In this document: piece by piece, positions 20,882 through 30,437 of the stretch
How the letters are laid out: each line of letters opens with the position of its first letter
Numbering within the stretch: the first letter of the stretch is position 1
Origin: Sulfuriflexus sp.
GTDB taxonomy: Bacteria > Pseudomonadota > Gammaproteobacteria > AKS1
Direction: 5' to 3'
Length of the DNA stretch: 64,000 nt
NCBI GenBank assembly: GCA_023134145.1
Contig: JAGLUW010000017.1
Location: 43,136-107,135, forward strand
Position numbers and translations under genes: made by a program
The notes under the pieces: model-generated
The model's input: the letters and a program-made list of their open reading frames with translations, nothing else
Told to the model about the DNA's origin: nothing
Databases searched by the model: none

Positions 20882-21982
20882 ATGACTCAAAAATTTAGCG
20901 GCGAAGCCGACTACGATCACGAATCGACTGATTCTACAGGGGTTTTATTCTGTAACCTTGGTACGCCTGAAGCGCCGACAGCGGGTGCCGTACGTCGATT
21001 CTTGCGTGAATTTCTCTCTGATCCGCGTGTAGTCGAGATCCCCCGAGTCATTTGGTGGGTGATCCTTAATTTCATTATTCTGCCATTTCGACCTCGCCAT
21101 GTCGCGAAGGCCTATGCGAGTGTGTGGATGGAAGGTGGCTCGCCGTTATTGGTTATTAGCCAGCGACAGCGAGATGCCCTTGCCGCTGAACTCAAGTCAC
21201 AAACCGGTACCGATATCCCTGTGGTATTGGGCATGTGCTATGGAAAGCCGTCGATTCCTCAAGCCATGGCTGAATTGCGCAGTAAAGGTGTTCGGCGCTT
21301 GTTAGTTCTACCTGCCTACCCGCAGTATTCAGGTACCACCACAGCAGCTGTTTTCGATATTGTCAGTCGCCAGCTACAAACTTGGCGTTGGTTGCCAGAA
21401 TTACGCATGATTAATGATTATCATGATGATGCTCTATATATAGAAGCGCTTGCAGAAAGTGTTAGAGACTTCCAAGAGAAGCAGCAGGCACCAAGCCAGC
21501 GTCTATTGATGTCTTTTCATGGCTTACCTGAGGCAATGCTACTCGCTGGTGATCCTTATTATTGCCAATGTCAGGTTACGGCACGTTTGCTAGCTGAAAA
21601 ACTAGGCTTGGCTGATGATGAGTGGGCGATTTCTTTTCAATCACGGCTTGGTAAGGCGAAGTGGTTGCAGCCCTACACAGATAAGACATTGGAAGAGTGG
21701 GCAACGGCAGGCGTTGAATCGGTGGATGTGATTTGCCCCGGTTTTTCAGCAGATTGCCTCGAAACCTTAGAAGAAATGGCGATGCAGAACCGCGATACCT
21801 TCATGGAAAACGGCGGCAAGCAGTATCGTTATATCCCCGCATTGAACAGTGACGATGCGCATATTCACCTATTTGCGAGTTTGGTACAGAATCATAGCCA
21901 AGGTTGGACTAAAAATGGTCAAAATTTGAGCAATTTAGCGCAAAGAAAGCAGCGCGCCATGGATTTGGGTGCTAAGAAATAA
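20882..21982 (+). CDS. hemH: Ferrochelatase
   Basis: NLGTP, FLSDPRV, YPQYS, SFHGLP, FQSRLG, PGFSADCLETLEE. Confidence 0.97.
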   Translation: MTQKFSGEADYDHESTDSTGVLFCNLGTPEAPTAGAVRRFLREFLSDPRVVEIPRVIWWVILNFIILPFRPRHVAKAYASVWMEGGSPLLVISQRQRDALAAELKSQTGTDIPVVLGMCYGKPSIPQAMAELRSKGVRRLLVLPAYPQYSGTTTAAVFDIVSRQLQTWRWLPELRMINDYHDDALYIEALAESVRDFQEKQQAPSQRLLMSFHGLPEAMLLAGDPYYCQCQVTARLLAEKLGLADDEWAISFQSRLGKAKWLQPYTDKTLEEWATAGVESVDVICPGFSADCLETLEEMAMQNRDTFMENGGKQYRYIPALNSDDAHIHLFASLVQNHSQGWTKNGQNLSNLAQRKQRAMDLGAKK

Positions 21983-22087
21983 AGCTAATACCCTGATAAC
22001 AAACGAAAATAGCCAATAATCGTCTGTTTGCGGATTATTCTGCTATGATACGCGTCGCTATTTAGAGACCCAGCTAGAGGATTTACT

Positions 22088-22981
22088 ATGTCTGAGAAAC
22101 ATCCGATTGTCGCAGTAACCGGTTCATCTGGTGCAGGTACGACAACCGTCAAAGTTGCTTTCGAGCACTTGTTCCGACGCGAAAACATTAACCCATTAGT
22201 GATCGAAGGTGATAGTTACCACGCCTACGATCGTCAAGAAATGAAAGCCGCTATTGATAAGTTTGCTGCCGACGGCAAGCAACTTAGTCACTTCGGTCCT
22301 GAAGCCAACCTATTCGGTAAATTGGCTGATACGTTTAAAGAGTATGGTGATACAGGTGCTTGTGAGCGTCGTTATTACCTACACAGCGATGAAGAAGCTG
22401 CTGAACACAATGCACGTTTAAGCTTGAACAATGTTCCTGGTCAATTTACACCATGGGAAAAAATCAGTGACGAAACTGACCTGTTGTTCTATGAAGGTTT
22501 ACACGGCGGCGCAAAATCAGATAAAGCAGACGTGTCTGCCCACACTGATTTATTGATTGGTGTCGTACCTATCGTAAACCTTGAGTGGATTCAAAAGATC
22601 CACCGCGATACTAGCCAACGTGGTTATTCTGCTGAAGCGGTTACCGATACTATCCTGCGTCGTATGCATGATTACGTACATTACATTACACCGCAGTTCT
22701 CACAGACTGATATCAACTTCCAACGTGTACCAACAGTTGATACATCTAACCCGTTTATCGCTCGTGATATTCCGACTCCGGATGAAAGTTTCATTGTCAT
22801 TCGTTTCAAGAATCCAGCGAAGAGCTGTGTGGACTTCCCATACCTCTTAAACATGATTGATGGTTCATTCATGTCACGTCGCAACTGTATAGTTGTACCA
22901 GGTGGCAAGATGGGCTTTGCTATGGAATTGATCCTTGGACCAGTTATCCATGACATGATGGAAAGAAAACGTAAAGGCTAA
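22088..22981 (+). CDS. prkB: Phosphoribulokinase (proteobacterial type)
   Basis: VTGSSGAGTTT, EGDSYH, YEGLHG, QKIHRD..RGYS, FQRVP. Confidence 0.95.
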   Translation: MSEKHPIVAVTGSSGAGTTTVKVAFEHLFRRENINPLVIEGDSYHAYDRQEMKAAIDKFAADGKQLSHFGPEANLFGKLADTFKEYGDTGACERRYYLHSDEEAAEHNARLSLNNVPGQFTPWEKISDETDLLFYEGLHGGAKSDKADVSAHTDLLIGVVPIVNLEWIQKIHRDTSQRGYSAEAVTDTILRRMHDYVHYITPQFSQTDINFQRVPTVDTSNPFIARDIPTPDESFIVIRFKNPAKSCVDFPYLLNMIDGSFMSRRNCIVVPGGKMGFAMELILGPVIHDMMERKRKG

Positions 22982-22996
22982 TTCCGTTGCTTTTAT

Positions 22997-23055
22997 TGCC
23001 TCGAACCATCGGAGATGGTTGAGGTACTCACAATGAACCCGAAGGGTTCTGTGAG
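22997..23055 (+). other. Two abutting bulged hairpins in the prkB 3' region
   Basis: TGCCTC-g-AACCATC-gga-GATGGTT-GAGGTA directly followed by CTCACA-at-GAACCC-gaa-GGGTTC-TGTGAG. Confidence 0.6.
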
Positions 23056-23067
23056 CATTTATCAAAG

Positions 23068-23094
23068 AAGGGTCGCTTTTTAGCGGCCCTTTTT
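23068..23094 (+). terminator. Intrinsic terminator after prkB
   Basis: AAGGGTCGCT-tttt-AGCGGCCCTT followed by TTT. Confidence 0.8.
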
Positions 23095-23150
23095 ATTGAA
23101 AAATTTAACAAGATTGACAGGATTTTTGTTGAACTGTCAAAGTACTTTAA

Positions 23151-23330
23151 TTCTTGCCGTTTGTATTAAAAACAAATAAAAAGCACCGTGGGTTTAATCA
23201 GGTGAATCTTGTTAATCATGTCGAGTGCTTGTTCTTTTTATTCTTGAAGTTTGTATTAAAAATAAATAAAAAGCATGATGGGTTTAATCAAGTAAATCTT
23301 GTTAATCCTGTCAAATATTTATTCTTTTAT
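23151..23330. repeat. Tandem duplication, 2 x 90 bp (about 82% identical), each unit carrying a trimer of 9-mers
   Basis: Units 23151-23240 and 23241-23330 differ at 16 of 90 positions by manual alignment; an inverted motif TAACAAGATTGACAGGATT lies at about 23105-23123. Confidence 0.85.
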
Positions 23331-24608
23331 CGAAGTAACACGCTGCCGACCACGTTCTTCATTGATTGTCAGAAGTATGATTATCCCGAGAACAAAAAAC
23401 ACCAGGGTAGTTAGAATACTATCGCGATGATTGCCATCGTTTAACCAGGTAATGAATCCATAACTAAGCGGCCCGATGATGGCTGAGAGTTTGACGCACA
23501 TTCCCCATAGGCCGAAGAATTCTCCATAGCGCCCGGGTGGGCTGAATAAGCCAATCAAGGCGCGACTTGCTGATTGTGATGCCCCTAGTGCAATGCCAAT
23601 AAGATTTGCCGCTAGCCAAAACATTGCTATGCTTTGGCTTGCCCAGGCAATGATAATAGCGATACACCACAGCACCAATGTAAATAAGAGTGTGCGAATT
23701 GAACCGAGCTTGTCTTGTAAGTGACCAAAGCCAAATGCGCCGATGGCGGCGGTGATATTAACAACACTAATTAATATAATATTTTGTTGTGTATCAAAGC
23801 CCATGACTTGCGTGGCATAGACAGCAGCAAGCACGATAATAATATATATCCCAGCATGAAAACTGGTCAAGGCAAGCATAAAACGCCGCAGATCGGGATA
23901 ATGATTAAGCGTTTTAATTGTATGGAAAACACGCGCAAAGGATTTTTGCATCACTGTTTCAGTATTCGCTATCTTGTTACCTCGTTCCTTTAACCAGAGT
24001 ATGGTCGGAATAGTCGCAAGGCTAAAAAAGCCGGCAACGATGAGCATCGTGATTGGCACGTAGTCAGTAGCAGTCTGCCCGGACGTTTTTGCCCAACTGA
24101 CATAAATCAAACAAAGCAGCAATGTTGATAAACCACCTAAAAAGCCAATCGACCAACCATAGCCGGATAGACGGCCAATATTATCTTGGGTGGTGAGTTC
24201 GGGTAAAAAAGCGGCAATCAGGTTCTCACCACTGGCAAACATAAAATAGGACAGCACCACGAGTAATGATGCTGCGACGATATCGCCGGGATCGGGTATT
24301 GCCAGTAGCGCGGTAAACAAGATGCAACCGAAAGTTGATATTACGAGTAACTTTTTACGTATCGCATGTATATCAGCAAGGGCACCAATTAGCGGTGCAC
24401 TGAAAAGCACCAAAATATTGCCCATGGCAATCGTTAAGGTCCAGAATAAAGTGGCGGATGCGGTGTTGAAACCATTGCTCATCGCAATGGTCGAAACGAA
24501 ATAGGCGCTATAGATTGTTGTCAGGACAACCGTAGCGTAGCCTGAGTTAGCAAAGTCGTAGAGAATCCAGGCTAGCTTCTCGCGATTTGTAACGGGTATG
24601 TCGGTCAT
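23319..24608 (-). CDS. MFS transporter (UMF1/Atg22-like)
   Basis: WILYDFANSGY, about 12 TM helices, SGYGWSIGFLGG, QSASRA, EFFG. Confidence 0.88.
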   Translation of the reverse strand: MTDIPVTNREKLAWILYDFANSGYATVVLTTIYSAYFVSTIAMSNGFNTASATLFWTLTIAMGNILVLFSAPLIGALADIHAIRKKLLVISTFGCILFTALLAIPDPGDIVAASLLVVLSYFMFASGENLIAAFLPELTTQDNIGRLSGYGWSIGFLGGLSTLLLCLIYVSWAKTSGQTATDYVPITMLIVAGFFSLATIPTILWLKERGNKIANTETVMQKSFARVFHTIKTLNHYPDLRRFMLALTSFHAGIYIIIVLAAVYATQVMGFDTQQNIILISVVNITAAIGAFGFGHLQDKLGSIRTLLFTLVLWCIAIIIAWASQSIAMFWLAANLIGIALGASQSASRALIGLFSPPGRYGEFFGLWGMCVKLSAIIGPLSYGFITWLNDGNHRDSILTTLVFFVLGIIILLTINEERGRQRVTSIKE

Positions 24609-24717
24609 ATTGTCATTATTAAACTGGCCAGTGCCTATAGTACTTTTTTATGTAAGTTTTTACACTCAAACTATTAACGATTATGCTGTGCTGATAACAA
24701 TAACTATTTAACACCTC

Positions 24718-25596
24718 ATGACAGGAATCTTTATGAACAAATTTTTATCACTGATATTTTTACTTTTTATACACCAGGCAGTCAGTGCGGCACCAATTTA
24801 CGTTGAACATGACTGGTTAGCGGGTAAATTGGACGATAAAAACATTGTGCTGGTCGATATGACTGCAGATGGTGTTCAATATCTTCGCTACCATATTCCC
24901 GGTGCCGTTCGTTTATCATATCAAGACATTGTGACTAAGCGTAAAGATAAAGTCTCGGTGCGCGTTCCCGATGCACGCTTATATAAGGTGTTAGGTAGCC
25001 TAGGAATTTCACGCGATAAACATATTGTTATTTATGATGATATGGCCGGACTGGATGCGGGGCGTTTATTTTGGGAACTAGAACGTATTGGTCATCCGAA
25101 TGTTTCAGTATTACGCGGTGGTTTAGTGAAATGGGTATTGGCGGCGCATGGCGTTGATAATGTGCCTGTTAAATCATTCGCTATTCAATATAAACCGAGT
25201 AAAAAGGGACGTAGTAACGAAGCCGTATTAGATAATCTGCGTAACAATATCGAGTCGGTGTTATTGGACGTACGTTCTATTGATGAATATGCAGGGCATC
25301 CTCGTTATCCACGCAGTGGTCATATTCCTAGTGCAAAGTGGTGGCCGTGGGAAGCGAATGTCGATTTTGAGCATGGTTTTGTGCCACATAGTGACAAAGT
25401 TCTACAGGGAGAGTTAAGCAAGCTTGGTGTAAAAGATAAAACTAAACCGCTGATCGTGTATTGCCGTTCTGGACATCGTGCCAGCCAAAGTTACCTGACT
25501 CTGCGTAGCTTGGGTTATACAAATGTAAAACTCTATGATGGTTCGATGGCGGAATATGCCAGTAAACGCGAGCTTCCCCTTAAAAAAGGCCGATAA
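24718..25596 (+). CDS. Exported tandem-domain sulfurtransferase (rhodanese)
   Basis: Signal peptide, HIPGA, GHIPSA, active site YCRSGHRA, YDGSMAEY. Confidence 0.9.
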   Translation: MTGIFMNKFLSLIFLLFIHQAVSAAPIYVEHDWLAGKLDDKNIVLVDMTADGVQYLRYHIPGAVRLSYQDIVTKRKDKVSVRVPDARLYKVLGSLGISRDKHIVIYDDMAGLDAGRLFWELERIGHPNVSVLRGGLVKWVLAAHGVDNVPVKSFAIQYKPSKKGRSNEAVLDNLRNNIESVLLDVRSIDEYAGHPRYPRSGHIPSAKWWPWEANVDFEHGFVPHSDKVLQGELSKLGVKDKTKPLIVYCRSGHRASQSYLTLRSLGYTNVKLYDGSMAEYASKRELPLKKGR

Positions 25597-25709
25597 ACAC
25601 CCTAAAGCTTATTCGTTCATGGACGTTATAGCTTGTGAAGGGCTATAACGTGTATAGCTTATTGAATTAGGTTCTTAACTAACTGATTCCTTTAGGATTC
25701 GTGTTTATT

Positions 25710-25949
25710 ATGGCAATTAACTCGGTACTGTCGACAGGCGTGCAAGGTATTCAACGTGGTTTGAGTGGTGCCCGTGAGCATGCTCAACAAGTTGCTAGCT
25801 TCGGTACGACGAATCAAGATGCCTCCGTTTCTAGTTTGGCCGAGCCTCTGATTGGACTAAGACAAGATTTAGCGCAGGTACAGGCCTCTGCCAAGGTTGT
25901 TTCCACTGTAGATGAGTTACTTAATAGTCTTTTAGAAGACCTTAGCTAG
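25710..25949 (+). CDS. Small protein resembling the terminal helices of flagellar axial (rod/hook) proteins
   Basis: STGVQGIQ...QQVAS and QASAKVVSTVDELLNSLL. Confidence 0.55.
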   Translation: MAINSVLSTGVQGIQRGLSGAREHAQQVASFGTTNQDASVSSLAEPLIGLRQDLAQVQASAKVVSTVDELLNSLLEDLS

Positions 25950-25960
25950 TCTTTAGTGAG

Positions 25961-26653
25961 CTAGATAGGCAGAAATACGGCGGTGGCTAGCCGCTGAATC
26001 ACATTCTTTATTCTCCGACGTGAACTTTCCGCAATAATTGCCGCAATCGTATCTTGTGTGGCCACTAATTTACCAAATAATCGCTCAAAACTGAGATTCA
26101 CAACTCGGGTGTTGAGGCCGTTGGTTAATAAAAACAGCTTTCCTTTATCATCTCGATAATTACTCAGTCGCCAAACTGCAATTTCAATATTGCGGGCTGA
26201 GTTATAGAGTTTTTGTGGATCTAACTCATCAAAGAAGAAAAATTCGGTTTTGTCGCTGTAAGCGCGGTGGATCATTGAACGCAGTCCCAGCACAAAATTA
26301 CCTACGCGATCGCCCTTAAATTGCTCATCAAAACTTAACTTTATGTTTGTAATCGCCTTTTTTACCGCTAATTTCTTATTGTTCTGACTATTAAATAGGC
26401 GTGTTACACACTGTCCAATCTTCGCCGTGCCGCCCGCGCAGTGACGAGGGTTACGTCGATATAGCTTATAACTGAGTTCTTTTAGGTATTGATCGACTTG
26501 CTGTAGGTGAATATCAGCCACCGTATCAATATCACTCTTTGCCAGATAGCTAAGCTCGGTATTTGGATCGACGGTATCACCTGATGGCGGCGTGGTTGTG
26601 CTGCAACCTGTTAAAAACATTATGAAAAATAGTGTATATCGAGCTAAAAGCAT
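25961..26653 (-). CDS. Hypothetical lipoprotein
   Basis: Lipobox LTGC; KLYRRNP, LYNSARNIE, NLSFERLFGK. Confidence 0.75.
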   Translation of the reverse strand: MLLARYTLFFIMFLTGCSTTTPPSGDTVDPNTELSYLAKSDIDTVADIHLQQVDQYLKELSYKLYRRNPRHCAGGTAKIGQCVTRLFNSQNNKKLAVKKAITNIKLSFDEQFKGDRVGNFVLGLRSMIHRAYSDKTEFFFFDELDPQKLYNSARNIEIAVWRLSNYRDDKGKLFLLTNGLNTRVVNLSFERLFGKLVATQDTIAAIIAESSRRRIKNVIQRLATAVFLPI

Positions 26654-26705
26654 AAAGGCACATCTATTAAGTTACTTATATTGCATTTTAACGGTCATTA
26701 GAAGC

Positions 26706-26732
26706 TAAAGGAATGCCTGATATTGCCGATTG
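26706..26732 (+). promoter_or_regulatory. Putative sigma28 promoter upstream of fliA (autoregulation)
   Basis: TAAAGGAA-N11-GCCGATTG. Confidence 0.65.
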
Positions 26733-26808
26733 AGTTATGAGTAACCATTGGTATGGGGTTACTCCTACGTTGATTTAGAAATGAGCAAGATAGGTAAATA
26801 AAATAACA

Positions 26809-27558
26809 ATGGTCGATTCTTCAAAAACGCCAAAATCTAAGTACCTTGAGAACAATGGTGGAGCCGATGAGCTTGTTGTCCAACATGCCACGTTGGTAAA
26901 GCGTATTGCTTACCATTTGAAGGCGCGGTTGCCTGACTCGGTGCAAGTCGATGATCTTATTCAAGCCGGCATGATTGGTTTGATTGAGGCTGGGCGCAAT
27001 TATGATTCGGGGCAGGGCGCACGTTTTGAAACCTATGCGGGCATTCGTATTCGTGGTTCGATGCTGGATGAATTGCGCAAAAATGATTGGGCACCTAAGT
27101 CAGTGCACAAAAAAGCACGTGATCTTGCTGGAGCGATTAAGGTTATTGAAGGCAAAACGGGTCGTGATGCGCGTGATCAAGAAATTGCCGATGAGTTGAA
27201 TATTAATCTTGATGAGTATTATCAAATTTTACAAGACAGTAATTCCTGTATTGTTAGTATGGATCAATACGGAATGGACAAGGAAGATTTCTTGCCAGGT
27301 TTAGCTGATGACTCAAGTGACCCCGGGCAATTATTAGTTAAAGATCGCTTTAAAGAAAGTTTGAGTGTGGCTATTTCAGGGCTGCCGGATCGAGAACGTA
27401 TTGTTGTTTCTCTTTACTATGAATCAGAACTTAATTTACGTGAGATCGGTTCCATTATTGCCGTAACAGAATCACGTGTGAGCCAACTGTTGAATCAAGC
27501 ACATGCTCGTCTTAGTGCGCGATTACATAAATGGCAAGAACGAGAAAGTCAAGATTGA
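26809..27558 (+). CDS. fliA: RNA polymerase sigma factor FliA (sigma28)
   Basis: LVKRIAYHL, DDLIQAGMIGL, FETYAGIRIRGSMLDELR..DW, NLREIG...VTESRVSQ. Confidence 0.93.
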   Translation: MVDSSKTPKSKYLENNGGADELVVQHATLVKRIAYHLKARLPDSVQVDDLIQAGMIGLIEAGRNYDSGQGARFETYAGIRIRGSMLDELRKNDWAPKSVHKKARDLAGAIKVIEGKTGRDARDQEIADELNINLDEYYQILQDSNSCIVSMDQYGMDKEDFLPGLADDSSDPGQLLVKDRFKESLSVAISGLPDRERIVVSLYYESELNLREIGSIIAVTESRVSQLLNQAHARLSARLHKWQERESQD

Positions 27559-27611
27559 TCTATTGCGATGACTCAACGATAGTAGAGTTATAGCAACTAG
27601 GAAATGGATAA

Positions 27612-28034
27612 ATGAGTCATACAATTAATCGACAACGAAATCGTGATCTACATCGATTAAATGAGATTAATTATCAGTTGATATCAAAACTGATTCCGAA
27701 TCTGCGCCATATGAATGAATCTGTTGTTTCCTTAGCACTTAATGTGTCAGATTTACATCTACAGATTATTGAACGCAGCCCTTACACAACCGTTATTTCT
27801 CTTACTCATGAATTTATGGCGGGTTCCGCACGTATACCCGCACCTGATTTATGGGTACGCGTTTGTCATGACGCAATGGTGGCAGAAGCCATTGCTAATC
27901 AAGACGGTGCAAGTCCGGCACACGCAAGAATTTATACGTGGCACAAAGGCTTAGACGCGGATGTTAAATGGAGTTTAAATACCTTTGCTGAGAAATGGTT
28001 AAAACAATGTCTTAAGCAAGGACATCAATTCTAA
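27612..28034 (+). CDS. DUF1249 (YqiB-like) protein
   Basis: LHRLNEINY..I..L.P, SPYTT, VRVCHDAMVAE, KWSLNTF..KWL..CL..G. Confidence 0.8.
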   Translation: MSHTINRQRNRDLHRLNEINYQLISKLIPNLRHMNESVVSLALNVSDLHLQIIERSPYTTVISLTHEFMAGSARIPAPDLWVRVCHDAMVAEAIANQDGASPAHARIYTWHKGLDADVKWSLNTFAEKWLKQCLKQGHQF

Positions 28035-28049
28035 AATCTTATTCAAGTG

Positions 28050-28068
28050 TTTTATCAGTCTGATAAAA
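28050..28068. promoter_or_regulatory. Perfect 9-1-9 palindrome, candidate operator
   Basis: TTTTATCAG-T-CTGATAAAA. Confidence 0.4.
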
Positions 28069-28182
28069 ATATTTAACTATTCATTTCCCTCAGTTCGGTC
28101 TTTAATCAAAGAGCAGTTATTATTAATTGCTAGGTGATTTTGTTTTATTGCAATTTCCATAATGTAAATGGGAGGTGTATAG

Positions 28183-28383
28183 ATGAACCGAACACATCAC
28201 ACTCATCACGAGGTGAGAATATTAGATCGTGAACAACAGTTCCGAGAAATGGATGTAGATCTTTACGATCGCGTGCCCATTGAAGGTATTCATCAAAGTA
28301 TTATTTTGACGGATTCCTTTGGCAATGAATGGGACGATACTGGCGATTTCGGAGAAATTGATTTCCGTACTGTTGATGAATAA
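28183..28383 (+). CDS. Small acidic hypothetical protein
   Basis: Strong GGAGGT RBS; 66 aa. Confidence 0.6.
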   Translation: MNRTHHTHHEVRILDREQQFREMDVDLYDRVPIEGIHQSIILTDSFGNEWDDTGDFGEIDFRTVDE

Positions 28384-28405
28384 CGAAGCAGTTTAAGACG
28401 CGTTG

Positions 28406-28864
28406 TTATTTTTTCTTTAAGACAAGTGCTGGGCGCCATTTCGCCTGCGTGAGTAGCCATTGCCCGTTGGTTTTTGACCAGCGCATGCCAACCTTGTACA
28501 GCTGGCCGCGTTCAGGTATTTGTTCTGGACCACCCGTGATGCCGCTGTAAAAAATAATCTTGGCATTGTCATCATCAATTTCAACATCAATATCTGCTAT
28601 ATAAATATAGATAACGCGATTTTGTTTTAAATGGTAGTTAACAAATTTTTCTAAGGTTCTCTTGTCTCGATGAAAAGGGCTTTTATAAGTGCCAGCAACA
28701 AATGCCATAAATTTATCTGGCTGGTGTTGACTAACGGCATTACGCATTTGTTCAATATTGCTACGTAATATGAGTTCGTCATCAGAAGTGCCGCAGCCAG
28801 AAAGACTTGTTAATGTGATGCATGCAGATAATAGAAAAATGAAAGGGGACATGATTCTTTTCAT
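28406..28864 (-). CDS. NTF2-like lipoprotein
   Basis: Lipobox LSGC; C-terminal W....GQW.L pattern of NTF2-like folds. Confidence 0.65.
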   Translation of the reverse strand: MKRIMSPFIFLLSACITLTSLSGCGTSDDELILRSNIEQMRNAVSQHQPDKFMAFVAGTYKSPFHRDKRTLEKFVNYHLKQNRVIYIYIADIDVEIDDDNAKIIFYSGITGGPEQIPERGQLYKVGMRWSKTNGQWLLTQAKWRPALVLKKK

Positions 28865-28865
28865 A

Positions 28866-29285
28866 CTAATCTCGCTCAGCCTTTAGTTGCAATGTTAGTT
28901 TTTTTGTTATGTCTTTAACGGGTATTACAGTTCCTAAATTAATACCTTCGCAATGTTTGGCTTCATTATTCCATGCTTGGCTGCTTTCGAGTACTTCAGG
29001 CCAGTAGGGATAAGTGCGGCATTGCACTGGGCGTAAATGGTAGATACGACATTTACCTTCTTTGTTAAGAAAGGTACAGCGACCTTCGTGCATGCGTGCT
29101 GTTAAGGTCTTGCGTGTTAGGTGGGTTACGTAATGACGGAGAAACCAAGCTTCAGTAATATCAAGATGTTTCCGTATGCGATTCGCTTCCGTTTTGCTCA
29201 TGGCAATATAGTGATCTTCACCACCTGTACAACATTTTCCGCAGCCAGTGCATTTAAAGCGTAATACTTGTTGTTGGTGAATCAT
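28866..29285 (-). CDS. YkgJ family cysteine-cluster protein
   Basis: FKCTGCGKCC, CTFL, CRIY..RP.QCRTYPYW, CEGI. Confidence 0.9.
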   Translation of the reverse strand: MIHQQQVLRFKCTGCGKCCTGGEDHYIAMSKTEANRIRKHLDITEAWFLRHYVTHLTRKTLTARMHEGRCTFLNKEGKCRIYHLRPVQCRTYPYWPEVLESSQAWNNEAKHCEGINLGTVIPVKDITKKLTLQLKAERD

Positions 29286-29396
29286 GCTAGTTATTCTCAA
29301 TAGAGTGCGATAAAGCTGTTGGTTTTGTGGGCTTGGTCACAGTTAGACTCATCATAGCAGGCTAGAGTATTAGCTAATACTATGAGAAATGTACAC

Positions 29397-29813
29397 ATGA
29401 ATAAACGCCGACTACCCGTTATGTTAATGCTTGTAAGCAGTTTAACATTGACGGCTTGTGATCCCATCACCTTAACCATACTCGGTGCAGGGGCTTCTGC
29501 AGGTGTGGCGCATGGTTTAGGTAGTGTGGCGTATAAAACATTTACCGCTCCGCTTAAAAAAGTGAACAAGGCAACACTATTAGCTTTAAAAAGAATGGGC
29601 ATAAAAATTGAGTCAGTCGAAAAAACTGCAACGGGGCAGGTTATTAATGCAACCTCATCAGATCGCACGATTGAAGTAACACTAGAAGCGATCAGTAAAA
29701 AGACAACACGTATTCGTAGTATTGCTCGTCAAGACAGCGTGTTTTTTGATGCTGCAACGGCAACAGAAATTGTTAATCAAACGGAAAAAGCATTAAAGCG
29801 CAGAAGAGGTTAG
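29397..29813 (+). CDS. DUF3568-like lipoprotein
   Basis: Lipobox LTAC, Gly/Ala-rich segment, D.ATATEI. Confidence 0.7.
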   Translation: MNKRRLPVMLMLVSSLTLTACDPITLTILGAGASAGVAHGLGSVAYKTFTAPLKKVNKATLLALKRMGIKIESVEKTATGQVINATSSDRTIEVTLEAISKKTTRIRSIARQDSVFFDAATATEIVNQTEKALKRRRG

Positions 29814-29835
29814 GCGCGGGTTTTATTCACTTAGT

Positions 29836-30366
29836 TTATTCGTCATCTTTGAATCGAATTGATTCAATATTCCAATCATCACCAGAAATTTCCAAGATAA
29901 GACACGATGGACCACCATGGGTGCGGGTTTGACCAGAAGCACCTGGGTTCATTACCCACGGAGATAATTCTGTATCGCAAATCATTTTATGACTGTGTCC
30001 GTATATGATGGCTCGTGCATCCGGAAATTGAGTGCGCATAACGGTGTGGCTGGGGTGATTTCCGCCGTGCATATGTCCATGCACAACCACTAGATTACCA
30101 CCTTGTAATTCAATGTGAGCAATATGATCCAGCGTACTCAGTGTAGGGTGTTGGTCGCAGTCCCATACAAATTCATTGTCGTTATTGCCGCGAATGGCAA
30201 TGACGTCACCACTACGTGGCTGCATTTGTTCTAAGATATGCTGCCCCATGATGTCACCGGCATGAATAGCGAGATCGCAGTCTTCAATGACGTCAGCAAT
30301 GCGCGGGTCAAGATAGCCGTGGGTATCAGAAATAATACCAATGCGTGTATGAGAAAGTGTGTTCAT
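29836..30366 (-). CDS. Metallophosphoesterase (YfcE/MJ0936-like)
   Basis: SDTHG, HAGD, RGNND, HG, GHSH, NPG. Confidence 0.92.
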   Translation of the reverse strand: MNTLSHTRIGIISDTHGYLDPRIADVIEDCDLAIHAGDIMGQHILEQMQPRSGDVIAIRGNNDNEFVWDCDQHPTLSTLDHIAHIELQGGNLVVVHGHMHGGNHPSHTVMRTQFPDARAIIYGHSHKMICDTELSPWVMNPGASGQTRTHGGPSCLILEISGDDWNIESIRFKDDE

Positions 30367-30437
30367 AACTTGTGGCGCGGATGATAGCGAAACATTATGC
30401 TTACGTCACCTGTTATACGAAGAACGAGGACAACACG

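Noticed and set aside
23151-23330. Possible CRISPR array
   Set aside because: Only two 90-bp units, similar along their whole length, with no unique spacers and no cas genes.
23154-23414. 86-aa ORF with an internal repeat
   Set aside because: Translation of the tandem repeat; TTG start without RBS; overlaps the MFS gene antisense.
25570-25596. Sigma28 promoter for the 25710 gene
   Set aside because: A perfect GCCGATAA is present but there is no -35 element at the 15-bp spacing, and it coincides with the rhodanese stop codon.
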